A stretch of 64,000 bases of DNA, taken from contig JBOEGD010000008.1 in NCBI GenBank assembly GCA_050633245.1, positions 1 through 64,000 on the forward strand, in the 5' to 3' direction. Within the stretch, counting starts at the first letter, position 1. Each line of letters starts with the position of its first letter. Shown in pieces: positions 28,099-37,189 of the stretch. This DNA is from Calditrichia bacterium. GTDB taxonomy: Bacteria; Calditrichota; Calditrichia; RBG-13-44-9; J075. Made by a program: the position numbers and the translations under genes. The notes under the pieces are model-generated. The model searched no databases, was not told where the DNA came from, and saw only the letters and a program-made list of their open reading frames with translations.

Positions 28099-30927
28099 TT
28101 AACGTGTTGCTTGCAGCAAGCTAATTGTTTGCGATACGGCTTCATTTAAAACGGAATCGTGATGGTTTTTCAGCTTCTCGATGTCGGATAAATGACTTTC
28201 GTATCCCAATTGGCCGATAAGGTAAACGGCACAGGCCTGTAGCCAGGTGTCGTTGTGGTGCAATAAGTCTCGCAGGCATTCTGCCTCATCTGCCAGCGTA
28301 ATCTTCAGCTGCATGCTGGCAACTTCAAGCAGTTTACTTAGCTCTGCATTCTCGACAATGGGGATTATATAGCGCTTCAGTGAGCTCTCGAGAATGTTGT
28401 CGAGAAACTCTACGGCGTTTGCGCGTAAATCTTGCTTGTCGCTGAGTATTCCCAGATAGGCATTTAGCATATCGCGTTGCTCGTATCGCAAGCCCAAAAG
28501 CCGAAAAACCCGCTCGAGGTTGTTGTCGAGTTTCTCTTCCAGTGCTTTGATAAGCAGTGCGCGTGCGTTATTTATTCTTTCCTGTTTGCCATTACTGCTC
28601 TTTACTTTTTCCATACCGGCATTGTGCTGAGCATTCAATACGTTCAGCATTTGGATGTACGACTGACATTCCTGAAGAATATATTTCTCAATGGCATTAT
28701 CATTAAACTTCAATAGCGGAAAGTTTTGACGCAGGCTGCTGAGACTTTTAATAATTCTATAGCGTAGAAACAAATCACTCTTGCCCAACTGCGCCGTTAA
28801 AACGTCTACGGATTTTTGCACACCAATTGAAGCAACAACACGCGGAATTACCAGCCGTACGCTGCGTCGGACATTCTGATCGTCCAAAACTGTTGCCAGC
28901 TTGTCAATAATTGGTTCCCCGTACGATGCGAGCGCTTCGCGTGCAAATTGCTTCACCTGTTTGCGATCGAGCAGCTCCAGTAGCTCAGAAATAAATTCCG
29001 GATCCCGCGTCTTACCAATGCTGCGTGCAGTTGCAGCCAAAACTTCGGAAGTATCGTCCTTCAGAAGTTGATGTAAATAGGGGTTTAGCTTTGTTTGTTT
29101 GGCGAGTCCTATTGCCATAGCGATGTGCGACTTTGTAAAAGCCTTTTCCCGAGAATTGAGTTTTAGCTCGGTCGATTTGTTCAGTAGAGAATGAATCATC
29201 TCTTCAATGTTGAACTTGTTGTGCAGTTCCGGGATATCGTTGTATGAACTGGCCAGACAGAGCAATGCGGAGGCGCGAAGGTGATAATCTGTATGGTCAA
29301 AATACTCTTGTAAAAATGCTGGCTTGTTGTCTGCCCGATGAAATAAATAGTCCAGGGCCAGCGTTCGCAGCTTTTGGTTCTCGCCCTTTAACAGTGGCGT
29401 AACCTCTTCCTGAAAGTCGTTACCACTATAGCCCATGATCAGATTTAAGGCATGTTCGCGAATCTCGGCATCTTCATGGCTCAGCAGTTTTCGCAGGTAG
29501 GGAACGAAACTTGGATGGGTTACGTTTTCCAGCAAGTCCAGAACATAAAGAATCTGGCGCTTATTGTCGCTGCCAAGAATCTCAAGCAGGTTTTCGAACA
29601 TCGACGCGTCATCCAGGTTTACGGCCTGCTCTGCAAGATTGATGGTGCGTTTTTCGATGGCAATGCGAAATGCCTGGGTATATTCGGAGCGAATGCGGAT
29701 TATCAGAAAAATCCAAACGCCGATAAGCGCAATGGTCAGAATGCTTAACTCGCCGACCTGAAAACCGAGAAAGGTGGTGCAGATAATAAGCAAGACGCCG
29801 CTAAACCCGGTGCTTAAGCTATCTACGAAAACATCAATAAAAGATTTGATCTGTGGCTTTATGTTCGAGGGCACCGGTAAATAGAGCAATTCCAGTCCAG
29901 CTTTATTAATGGACTGTTTCAAGCTGCCATCAGCTATTTTAACGGCAATTGCGGACCAGAGCACCGGATTAAAAAAAATGGCAACCGCGCCAACCAGAAT
30001 GCCAATTGGCAGGAAGAACAGCGTGGCTCCGACACCGAAGGTCTTTAGCACTCTGTTAGTTAGAAATAGCTGAATACCCAGGGAGATAAGGCTGAGGTTC
30101 GATAACCAGAGTCCCAGAAAAGCGGTGACTTCGTCCGGATTGCTGATGCTTTTATCAATGATGTCGTTGTACTGAAAATCGACCAGGTTTGCGACGGTAA
30201 CGCTGACAGCAACAATTGCTGCGAGATAGGCAGTATGTCGAGATCCCAAAAGCAACTTCAAGGCATTGCCACTGGCATTTGAACGGGTTTGGTGGCGTTG
30301 TCTTGTTGTTTCACTTTTACCACTGGTTGCTCGTTCTTTCCAAACACGTTGCAGGATGATCATGCAAACGATTAAAAATGCCATGCAGAGGAAGAGCAAG
30401 TTCTCAGTGCCGATAATCGGTGCCAGATAGCTGGTGAGATAACCGCCAAATATGCCTCCGGATATAGCCCCAGCACCAATAAAGCCAAACAGTCGTTTTG
30501 CTTCCCTGGCATCGAAAACATAATTGGCCAATATCCAAAATTGAGACGTGGTAATCGCTGCAAAAATAGCTGACCACGCATAGAATGCGTAAATAAACCA
30601 GCCACCTTCATAATCGATATAAAGAAGCCCCCAGAAGAAGGCCAAATTACTTAGGATAATTAATGTTGAGGCTTTCATGAGTAGATCGAGACGCACTCTG
30701 CTGGCGTAACGCGCGTAGATACTCGATACGATTCCGGCGATTCCTGCCACCAGGATAAAGGCATAGGGAAGTTGGGCTGCGCCAAAGCGAGCAAGAAAGA
30801 GTGAGTTCCGCACGGGTTTAATGATGAGCAAACAGCAGATGATCAGAAAGATGTAGCTGAACATGAGCAGCGCGCGCGATGTTTCCCCGTCGCGAACGTC
30901 AACGAATTTGGTGAGCAGCGTTCTCAT
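28099..30927 (-). CDS. Npt/TLC (ATP/ADP translocase-like) MFS transporter fused to HEAT repeats
   Basis: KPVRNSLFL, SQFW, REAKRLFG, ELLYLP, ~12 TMs then HEAT repeats; start set at MRTLL. Confidence 0.82.
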   Translation of the reverse strand: MRTLLTKFVDVRDGETSRALLMFSYIFLIICCLLIIKPVRNSLFLARFGAAQLPYAFILVAGIAGIVSSIYARYASRVRLDLLMKASTLIILSNLAFFWGLLYIDYEGGWFIYAFYAWSAIFAAITTSQFWILANYVFDAREAKRLFGFIGAGAISGGIFGGYLTSYLAPIIGTENLLFLCMAFLIVCMIILQRVWKERATSGKSETTRQRHQTRSNASGNALKLLLGSRHTAYLAAIVAVSVTVANLVDFQYNDIIDKSISNPDEVTAFLGLWLSNLSLISLGIQLFLTNRVLKTFGVGATLFFLPIGILVGAVAIFFNPVLWSAIAVKIADGSLKQSINKAGLELLYLPVPSNIKPQIKSFIDVFVDSLSTGFSGVLLIICTTFLGFQVGELSILTIALIGVWIFLIIRIRSEYTQAFRIAIEKRTINLAEQAVNLDDASMFENLLEILGSDNKRQILYVLDLLENVTHPSFVPYLRKLLSHEDAEIREHALNLIMGYSGNDFQEEVTPLLKGENQKLRTLALDYLFHRADNKPAFLQEYFDHTDYHLRASALLCLASSYNDIPELHNKFNIEEMIHSLLNKSTELKLNSREKAFTKSHIAMAIGLAKQTKLNPYLHQLLKDDTSEVLAATARSIGKTRDPEFISELLELLDRKQVKQFAREALASYGEPIIDKLATVLDDQNVRRSVRLVIPRVVASIGVQKSVDVLTAQLGKSDLFLRYRIIKSLSSLRQNFPLLKFNDNAIEKYILQECQSYIQMLNVLNAQHNAGMEKVKSSNGKQERINNARALLIKALEEKLDNNLERVFRLLGLRYEQRDMLNAYLGILSDKQDLRANAVEFLDNILESSLKRYIIPIVENAELSKLLEVASMQLKITLADEAECLRDLLHHNDTWLQACAVYLIGQLGYESHLSDIEKLKNHHDSVLNEAVSQTISLLQATR

Positions 30928-31098
30928 AAAAGTGTTTTGAGCGTTTTTTCCCGGCGCAATAAACATAACTGTCGCGCACATTGATTGCAATAGCTAATCA
31001 ATCCATAATATGCTGAAATACCGCCTAATTTTGAACCTTTTTTGAAGAATTTATTTTTTCTTTGAATAAAAGCCGTTGGAGCGGGTAATTCTTGTAGT

Positions 31099-31665
31099 AT
31101 GAGGAAATGGACAACACATAGTGATGCCGAGATTATCACGGCGGGTTCATCGGGAAATCGCGCGGCGCTGGAGGAACTGTCGAAACGCTATTATCGGCAA
31201 GCCTACTCTATGGCGTTACTGAATATGCGACAGCCAGATATTGCAATGGATATTGCGCAGGAAGCATTCATTCGCATTCTTCGCAACATTGATCGGTTCG
31301 ATGTGTCACGTTCTTTTTCGGCATGGCTGTATGTAATTGTTCGAAACCTTTGCAATAATTATCGCGAGCGTAAACAAAAGCGTTACACAGCTTTTAGTGA
31401 TATGGCGGACTCCAACGTGCTCGAAAGTCGTCTGCTTTCCAACGATGATTCTATCGAGCGTAGAGAGCGCAAGCAACTGCTTTGGAACGCGATTCATCGT
31501 TTATCGGAAAAGGAGCGCGAAATTGTTGTGTTAAAAGACATCGAAGGATTTAGCTATCGGGAATTGGCAGAGTGCCTGCAGATTCCCGAAGGAACAGTTA
31601 TGTCAAGGCTTTACAATGCCCGGCGAAAGCTGGCTGCAGAGTTGAACCCGGAAGATATGAGGTGA
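31099..31665 (+). CDS. ECF sigma-70 factor
   Basis: DIAQEAFI, FSAWLYVI.RN, SYRELAE.L.IPEGTVMSRLYNAR. Confidence 0.93.
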   Translation: MRKWTTHSDAEIITAGSSGNRAALEELSKRYYRQAYSMALLNMRQPDIAMDIAQEAFIRILRNIDRFDVSRSFSAWLYVIVRNLCNNYRERKQKRYTAFSDMADSNVLESRLLSNDDSIERRERKQLLWNAIHRLSEKEREIVVLKDIEGFSYRELAECLQIPEGTVMSRLYNARRKLAAELNPEDMR

Positions 31666-31669
31666 TAAT

Positions 31670-32131
31670 ATGATGGAGAATAAAACACCGAGTGAAGAGT
31701 ATATCAAACAGCTTCTGATGAAGCAGGTTGATGGTGAAATTACTCCGACTGAAAGCCACGAGTTGGAAGCCTATCTTGCGAAGCATCCTGAAGTACGCCG
31801 CGAGCTAACGCTTTTCAATACCATTAAAAAGGAGACGACTGAAATGAAAGAGTTTTTTATGCCTGAAATGGCTTGGGAGGATTTCTGGTTGAGCACCTAT
31901 AATCGCGTTGAACGAGGCCTTGGCTGGATATTCTTATCCCTCGGTTTACTACTTCTTTGGGGATTTGCCGGATATGAAATGGTGACGGAATTTATCAGTG
32001 CGGATATGCCGGCAGTCGTTCGATGGGGGATTGTTTCCCTGTGGACGGGCGGCGGTTTGTTGCTGCTCTCGGTGATACGTGAACGGTTGGCAGTTCGAAA
32101 ACACGACATCTACAGAAAGGTACAGCGATGA
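31670..32131 (+). CDS. Membrane-anchored anti-sigma factor
   Basis: DGEIT..E..ELEAYL anti-sigma-like domain (no HxxxCxxC) plus two TMs, directly after the ECF sigma gene. Confidence 0.7.
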   Translation: MMENKTPSEEYIKQLLMKQVDGEITPTESHELEAYLAKHPEVRRELTLFNTIKKETTEMKEFFMPEMAWEDFWLSTYNRVERGLGWIFLSLGLLLLWGFAGYEMVTEFISADMPAVVRWGIVSLWTGGGLLLLSVIRERLAVRKHDIYRKVQR

Positions 32132-32442
32132 TTTACACGACTTTAGACTCGATTGATGAACTTAAGATTTCAAAAACGTTAGGCGTTGCCAAGGGCAGCA
32201 CAGTTCGGGCACGTCATGTGGGAAAAGATATTCTGGCCGGGTTTAAAACACTGGTAGGCGGAGAAATTCAGGAATATACCAAGCTGATTGCGGAAGCACG
32301 CGAACAGGCCATTGATCGTATGTTGGAGGATGCGCGGAGTATGGGAGCTGATGCGGTTGTTTGCGTGCGTTTCGGAACGTCTTTTGTAATGGGGTCTGCT
32401 TCGGAGATTCTGGCTTATGGCACGGCGGTAAAGTTAGGCTGA
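32128..32442 (+). CDS. YbjQ family (UPF0145) protein
   Basis: GKDILAG.K..VGGEI.EYT...EAREQA..RM...GADAVV. Confidence 0.9.
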   Translation: MIYTTLDSIDELKISKTLGVAKGSTVRARHVGKDILAGFKTLVGGEIQEYTKLIAEAREQAIDRMLEDARSMGADAVVCVRFGTSFVMGSASEILAYGTAVKLG

Positions 32443-32449
32443 TACTATC

Positions 32450-32479
32450 ACCGTTCCAGTGTTAAAACGCTGGAACGGT
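32450..32479. terminator. Hairpin between convergent genes
   Basis: ACCGTTCCAG...CTGGAACGGT. Confidence 0.6.
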
Positions 32480-32496
32480 TCCTGGCACAAATCAAC

Positions 32497-34344
32497 TTAG
32501 TTCAGTTTTATGATCTGCCCCAGATTCAACTTTAACAGGGTCAGGTTACTGTTCACGCGAGGCGTTGTCGTAAACTGAATACTCTCCAAAATCCCCTGAT
32601 ACAAACCGCTGCGTTCCAGATTGTCACGAAGCTGATCGCGCGTCATTCCCTTGCGATAGTTGGTAATAATCCACTTCATGATATCATATCCCAGCAGATG
32701 AAACAGGTCTGGCGTTGTTTTCATTGATTCGCGGAAGCGGTTCATAAATCCTTTGTAGTTCCATGAGTTCGGATCGTAATAGCCGGCTGTGATGTAGGTT
32801 AACCCTTCCAACTGATTACGATACTTGCGCAGTTGTGCAGAATCATTCCAGCCTTCATTGCCGAGAAGTCTGGTTTTGATGTTGTTGTAGGGAATCTGAT
32901 TGGCGATGTACTGGATGAAGTCCGGACTGCGAACAATCATTAGAAGAGCGTCGATACCTGTCGATGCGAGATCTGTTGTGTCACGACGTGAGAACTCATT
33001 CAATCGGTCGTAGCGTTTGTCCATATGCTGACGGAAGTTTCGATTTAGCTGCTTGTCTGTCATGTCTGGATAGCGCTCGAGAATGGAATCTTTGTAGGTG
33101 GCAAAGAATCCTGCGCGTCGGATATTGCGAAACTGTCGGGTAAAGTCTTGCGTGGTTTCGTAATAGCGCTGATAGGTTACAACCTCTCCGCCTGCAGCCT
33201 GTACTTCTTCGATGAAGCTGTTGACGAAGCCTTCGCCGTATTCATTTACCGGAGCCAGAACAGCGATCCTTTTAGCCTTTAAGTCGCGGGTGGCGTAATT
33301 CGCCAGAAAGCGTCCTTTGGTTGCAACGTCCGGGTTGATTTGGAAGCTGTAAGAACTGAGTTTGGTGAGTCCGGCCTGAGAGCTGAGCGGAATGACGTAT
33401 GGCATTTTCTCGTAGCGAGACAGTAGTGACAGCCCGGCACACTGATCGGAATCGACCGGTCCGATTAGGCAAAGTGGATTAGAGTCAAGTATTTGCTGGT
33501 TGGTAACATTCAGCGCGCTGATGACCGTTTCTCCAACGGTCGCTGTTTGCAGAAGGATGCTTTTCCCGGGATTGCGCTGCTCGTATTCCAAAAGAGCATA
33601 ACGCATACCGAGTTCAATCTCATCTGCTATTTCACGGGTATCGCCCTGTTCCGGCTTTAGAAAAAGAAAACCGTCACCGCTGCTGCTTCCGCCGCCGCTG
33701 GTTACACTTTGTCCACCGAGTAGACGCTGTGCTCGACCAATGTAAGGGTGATTCGGCTGGCGGCTAACAAAGTCCTGCAGCATGCTTTGTGCGCGAGGTT
33801 TAGCGCCCTCCTGAATCAGCGTTTCTGCGAGTATTATCGTTGCCAGCCCACTGGTTGTGGGATTTGCATTACTGCGCTGTGCGCGTTCAAGCTGACTGCG
33901 ACCATAGTAGTTCTTCATAGTACTGAAGGTATAGTCGGTAGAAATTTTCTTCAGACGCGGGTCGCGCGTACTGTTAATTACCAGATTCCATTCGGACACT
34001 GCAGCGTCATATTGGCGCTGTTGAAAACGAGTATTGCCAAGCAGATGTCGCATGTCATCCATATACGTGCTGTTCGGATGCTTGGTGAAAAAATAATTGC
34101 AGATGATCTCGGTATTAGCGTAATCACCCAATTTATAATAGGATTTAGCCAGCATTAAACGGGTGGCAGTAGTGAAACGGCCTTCAGGGAAGTCCTGCAA
34201 AAGTTTGAAAAAACCACTTTGTGCTGTCTGGTAGTTTCCGTTTTTATATGCTGTTAAGCTATTGTCGAATGCTGATTTTTCTGATTGAGCAGAAAGCTGC
34301 AGTATGCTAAAGCAGAGAAAAAGTAAAATTAGCCGTCGTTTCAA
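32497..34344 (-). CDS. TPR (BamD-like) + periplasmic-binding-fold (LppC/LpoA-like) protein
   Basis: TTG start behind AGGAGG; signal peptide; TPRs; IGP, NEYGEG, LGYD motifs. Confidence 0.75.
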   Translation of the reverse strand: MKRRLILLFLCFSILQLSAQSEKSAFDNSLTAYKNGNYQTAQSGFFKLLQDFPEGRFTTATRLMLAKSYYKLGDYANTEIICNYFFTKHPNSTYMDDMRHLLGNTRFQQRQYDAAVSEWNLVINSTRDPRLKKISTDYTFSTMKNYYGRSQLERAQRSNANPTTSGLATIILAETLIQEGAKPRAQSMLQDFVSRQPNHPYIGRAQRLLGGQSVTSGGGSSSGDGFLFLKPEQGDTREIADEIELGMRYALLEYEQRNPGKSILLQTATVGETVISALNVTNQQILDSNPLCLIGPVDSDQCAGLSLLSRYEKMPYVIPLSSQAGLTKLSSYSFQINPDVATKGRFLANYATRDLKAKRIAVLAPVNEYGEGFVNSFIEEVQAAGGEVVTYQRYYETTQDFTRQFRNIRRAGFFATYKDSILERYPDMTDKQLNRNFRQHMDKRYDRLNEFSRRDTTDLASTGIDALLMIVRSPDFIQYIANQIPYNNIKTRLLGNEGWNDSAQLRKYRNQLEGLTYITAGYYDPNSWNYKGFMNRFRESMKTTPDLFHLLGYDIMKWIITNYRKGMTRDQLRDNLERSGLYQGILESIQFTTTPRVNSNLTLLKLNLGQIIKLN

Positions 34345-34465
34345 TTGGGCCTCCTGTAGCCGTACCAAAAAGCAGAACGAAAAATAATTTCTGCTCTGTA
34401 AGATTGTATTTTCAGACTTTACCGAAAAAATATACCGCATTGCCCAGTGAATGTCAACAGTGGAA

Positions 34466-34523
34466 AGACTGGAGCAATCTTGGTTTGAGAAAATTGGAGC
34501 AGTCTTCAAGACTGCTCCAATTT
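34466..34523 (-). repeat. Palindromic intergenic element, copy 3
   Basis: AAATTGGAGCAGTCTT-C-AAGACTGCTCCAATTT (34491-34523) plus third arm at 34466-34481. Confidence 0.8.
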
Positions 34524-34569
34524 CTTCGCTCTTAATCCAAAACGGCTCCAGCCTATCTGGAATTAAATT

Positions 34570-35769
34570 CTAGCGCGTGCTGCCCGGATAGGCATCCAGT
34601 GCTTTGGCAAGAATTTCCATCGAGCGCTTCATTGCCGGAACGTTAAGCATAAAAGCCAGACGTGCTTCATCTTCACCCAGGCCTTCAGTGGCATAAAATC
34701 CATTTGCCGGCGAGAGCATAATTGTTTCCCCGTCATCATTGAAATCACTCAACAGCCAGCGACAAAAAGATTCTGCATTGTCTACCGGCAACTTGATAAT
34801 GGTATAGAATGCGCCGGGAGGCTTAAGAGCAAATACACCCGCCATGGTTTCCAGCGCGGCAAAGACGGTATCGCGACGATCCAGGTATTCCTGCTTCACC
34901 TCAACAAAATACGACTCCGGGGTATCCAGTGCGGCAAGAGCTGCCATCTGCTCCAGAGTCGGCGGGCAGAGGCGTGCCTGACCAAAGCGCTGCGCTGTTT
35001 CCAGTATGTGCTCGTTGCGGGTTACCAAACAGCCAACGCGCGCGCCACAGGCACTGTAGCGCTTGGAAATACTGTCTAATAATATGGCGCGCTCGTCCAG
35101 GCCTTCCATGTGCATTACGGAGTAATGCTCTTTTCCATCGTAGACGAATTCGCGATACACTTCATCCGCCATGAAGTAAAGATCGTGATCGAGAACGATT
35201 TTACGAAGACGCTGCATTTCCTCTTTGCTGTAGACATAGCCGGTAGGATTGTTGGGATTACATATCATGATTGCTCGGGTTCGCGATGTAATCTTCGCCA
35301 GAATCTCCGAATTTGAGGGCAGGCGAAATCCGTCTTCTGCTTTACAGGTTAGCGGAACCACCTTAACACCGGCTTCAACCGCAAACCCATTATAGTTTGC
35401 ATAAAAAGGCTCCGGTATTAGAATTTCATCGCCGAAGTCCATTGTTGCCATCATGGCAAAAATAATTGCCTCACTTCCGGCAGTTGTTACCAGAATTTGA
35501 TTTGACGTCACATCTATCTTGTTGGATTGATAATATTTGGCCAGTCCTTCGCGATAAGCAGGAAGTCCTGCAGAAGGCCCATAGGGCAATACTTTAATGT
35601 CGGTGTTTCGAAACGCATCCATCATTACCGTTGGAGTATGAATGTCTGGCTGTCCGATATTCAAATGATAGATTTTAACGCCACGTTCTTTTGCGGCATC
35701 CGCATATGGCGCCAAGCGTCGGATGGGGGAAGAGGGCATGCGCCGTGCGCGCTCTGCAATCTTTGGCAT
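34570..35769 (-). CDS. PLP-dependent class I/II aminotransferase
   Basis: LNIGQPD, CNPNNPTG, DEVYREF, SISKRYSACGARVG. Confidence 0.93.
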   Translation of the reverse strand: MPKIAERARRMPSSPIRRLAPYADAAKERGVKIYHLNIGQPDIHTPTVMMDAFRNTDIKVLPYGPSAGLPAYREGLAKYYQSNKIDVTSNQILVTTAGSEAIIFAMMATMDFGDEILIPEPFYANYNGFAVEAGVKVVPLTCKAEDGFRLPSNSEILAKITSRTRAIMICNPNNPTGYVYSKEEMQRLRKIVLDHDLYFMADEVYREFVYDGKEHYSVMHMEGLDERAILLDSISKRYSACGARVGCLVTRNEHILETAQRFGQARLCPPTLEQMAALAALDTPESYFVEVKQEYLDRRDTVFAALETMAGVFALKPPGAFYTIIKLPVDNAESFCRWLLSDFNDDGETIMLSPANGFYATEGLGEDEARLAFMLNVPAMKRSMEILAKALDAYPGSTR

Positions 35770-35900
35770 GATGATTCCTTCTTTTTGCGGTTTAAGTCGG
35801 CAGCTGCTGCCGGTTTCGATTCTTGTCTCTATTAAAATCGGCGTCTATCCGGTGTTTTGGACAGACGCCGATAGGCTATAATATAGTGTATAAAAAATAT

Positions 35901-36932
35901 TTAAACAGATTCGAGTTTTGCTACCGATTCATTTACTCCGAATTGCGAAGACTGTTCTTCATTAACGAACGTCAACCAGTGATGATAGGTCTCGTGTTCA
36001 CCGCGAACAATTTCTCCATAGAGTTTTGCCAGTTGCTTGGTTATGGGGCCGGGCGTGCCGGTGCCAATTGCGTATTCTTGCCAGGTCGAAGGATCATTGT
36101 TTGCTTCACGACCATCGGTCATTTTTACCAGAGGGGTTACTTCGGCTGCGGTTCCGGTAAACATGGCCTCATCAGCGGAGATCAAATCTTCCAGTGTAAT
36201 CGGAGCGATGTCCGTTTGATAGCCCAGGTCTGCGGCAAGCTCCAGAATTGTCGTGCGGGTTATTCCTTCCAATACCGATTCAAGTCGATCGTTGGTCTTT
36301 ACGACGCCGTCTTTTACGATCAGCAGGTTCTCTCCGGGGCCTTCAGCAATTCTATTTTCCAGATTCATAAAAAGACCTTCGTCGAAACCATGAACCCGTG
36401 CGTGTTTGGCGTTGATGTTAGACTGCACATAAATGCCGCCGATTTTGGCTGACGGATTAATTTGGCTGTGATGCATTCTCTTGTTTGGAAGCAGCAAGAC
36501 ATGCACGCCTTTGGTAATGCCTTCTTCTCCGAGATAAGCGCCCCATTCCCAGCATCCTACCGTTGCTTCTGCAGGACAAGCACGAGGGGTGAGGCCTAGA
36601 TTACCATAACCAAAGAACAGATTGGGGCGAATATATGCGTTATTCAGATTGTTTTCACGGATAATGGTTTTACAAGCTTCAAAAATTTCGTCCTTGGTAA
36701 AAGGGACGTCCATATTAATTACAGATGCGGAATTGAAAAGTCTGTCTACGTGATCTTTCAGGCGAAAGATTGCCGGACCACGGTTGGTATTGTAGGCACG
36801 AATTCCTTCAAAAACGGAGCTTCCATAGTGTAGAGCATGTGACATGACGTGGATAAGTTGTGAATCCCAATCGTGAATTTGACCATTGTGCCAGTACTTC
36901 TGCGCACCCTTAAAGTGGGTCGTATCAATCAT
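35901..36932 (-). CDS. ilvE: Branched-chain amino acid aminotransferase
   Basis: HALHYGSSVFEG, YIRP, AEGPGEN, LEGITR, GTAAEV; start behind GGAGG. Confidence 0.93.
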   Translation of the reverse strand: MIDTTHFKGAQKYWHNGQIHDWDSQLIHVMSHALHYGSSVFEGIRAYNTNRGPAIFRLKDHVDRLFNSASVINMDVPFTKDEIFEACKTIIRENNLNNAYIRPNLFFGYGNLGLTPRACPAEATVGCWEWGAYLGEEGITKGVHVLLLPNKRMHHSQINPSAKIGGIYVQSNINAKHARVHGFDEGLFMNLENRIAEGPGENLLIVKDGVVKTNDRLESVLEGITRTTILELAADLGYQTDIAPITLEDLISADEAMFTGTAAEVTPLVKMTDGREANNDPSTWQEYAIGTGTPGPITKQLAKLYGEIVRGEHETYHHWLTFVNEEQSSQFGVNESVAKLESV

Positions 36933-37189
36933 GTCTGTTCCTCCTTGTGTTTTCATTATCAGTCTTCATTAATTATCGAGCCCGGAATCATCAAGAATAG
37001 GTATGATGATATTTATGAAAACAGGGCGTTTTTAGGCAGTCGTTTAAATGCAATAGAGCAGGAACTGCCAGAATTCAACGTATATAACGGAAATTGATAA
37101 GTCAAGAACTGTGAAATTTTCCTGATTTTGAGACCGCAAAACTGAGCAGGGTTTGCATTTAGAATTCTATTTGTTTATTTTGCCCAACT

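Noticed and set aside
35823-36452. Long alternative ORFs (209 aa here; also 37854-38498, 49126-49716 and the many 60-140 aa track ORFs)
   Set aside because: They overlap well-supported genes on the opposite strand or in another frame and have no recognisable motifs.
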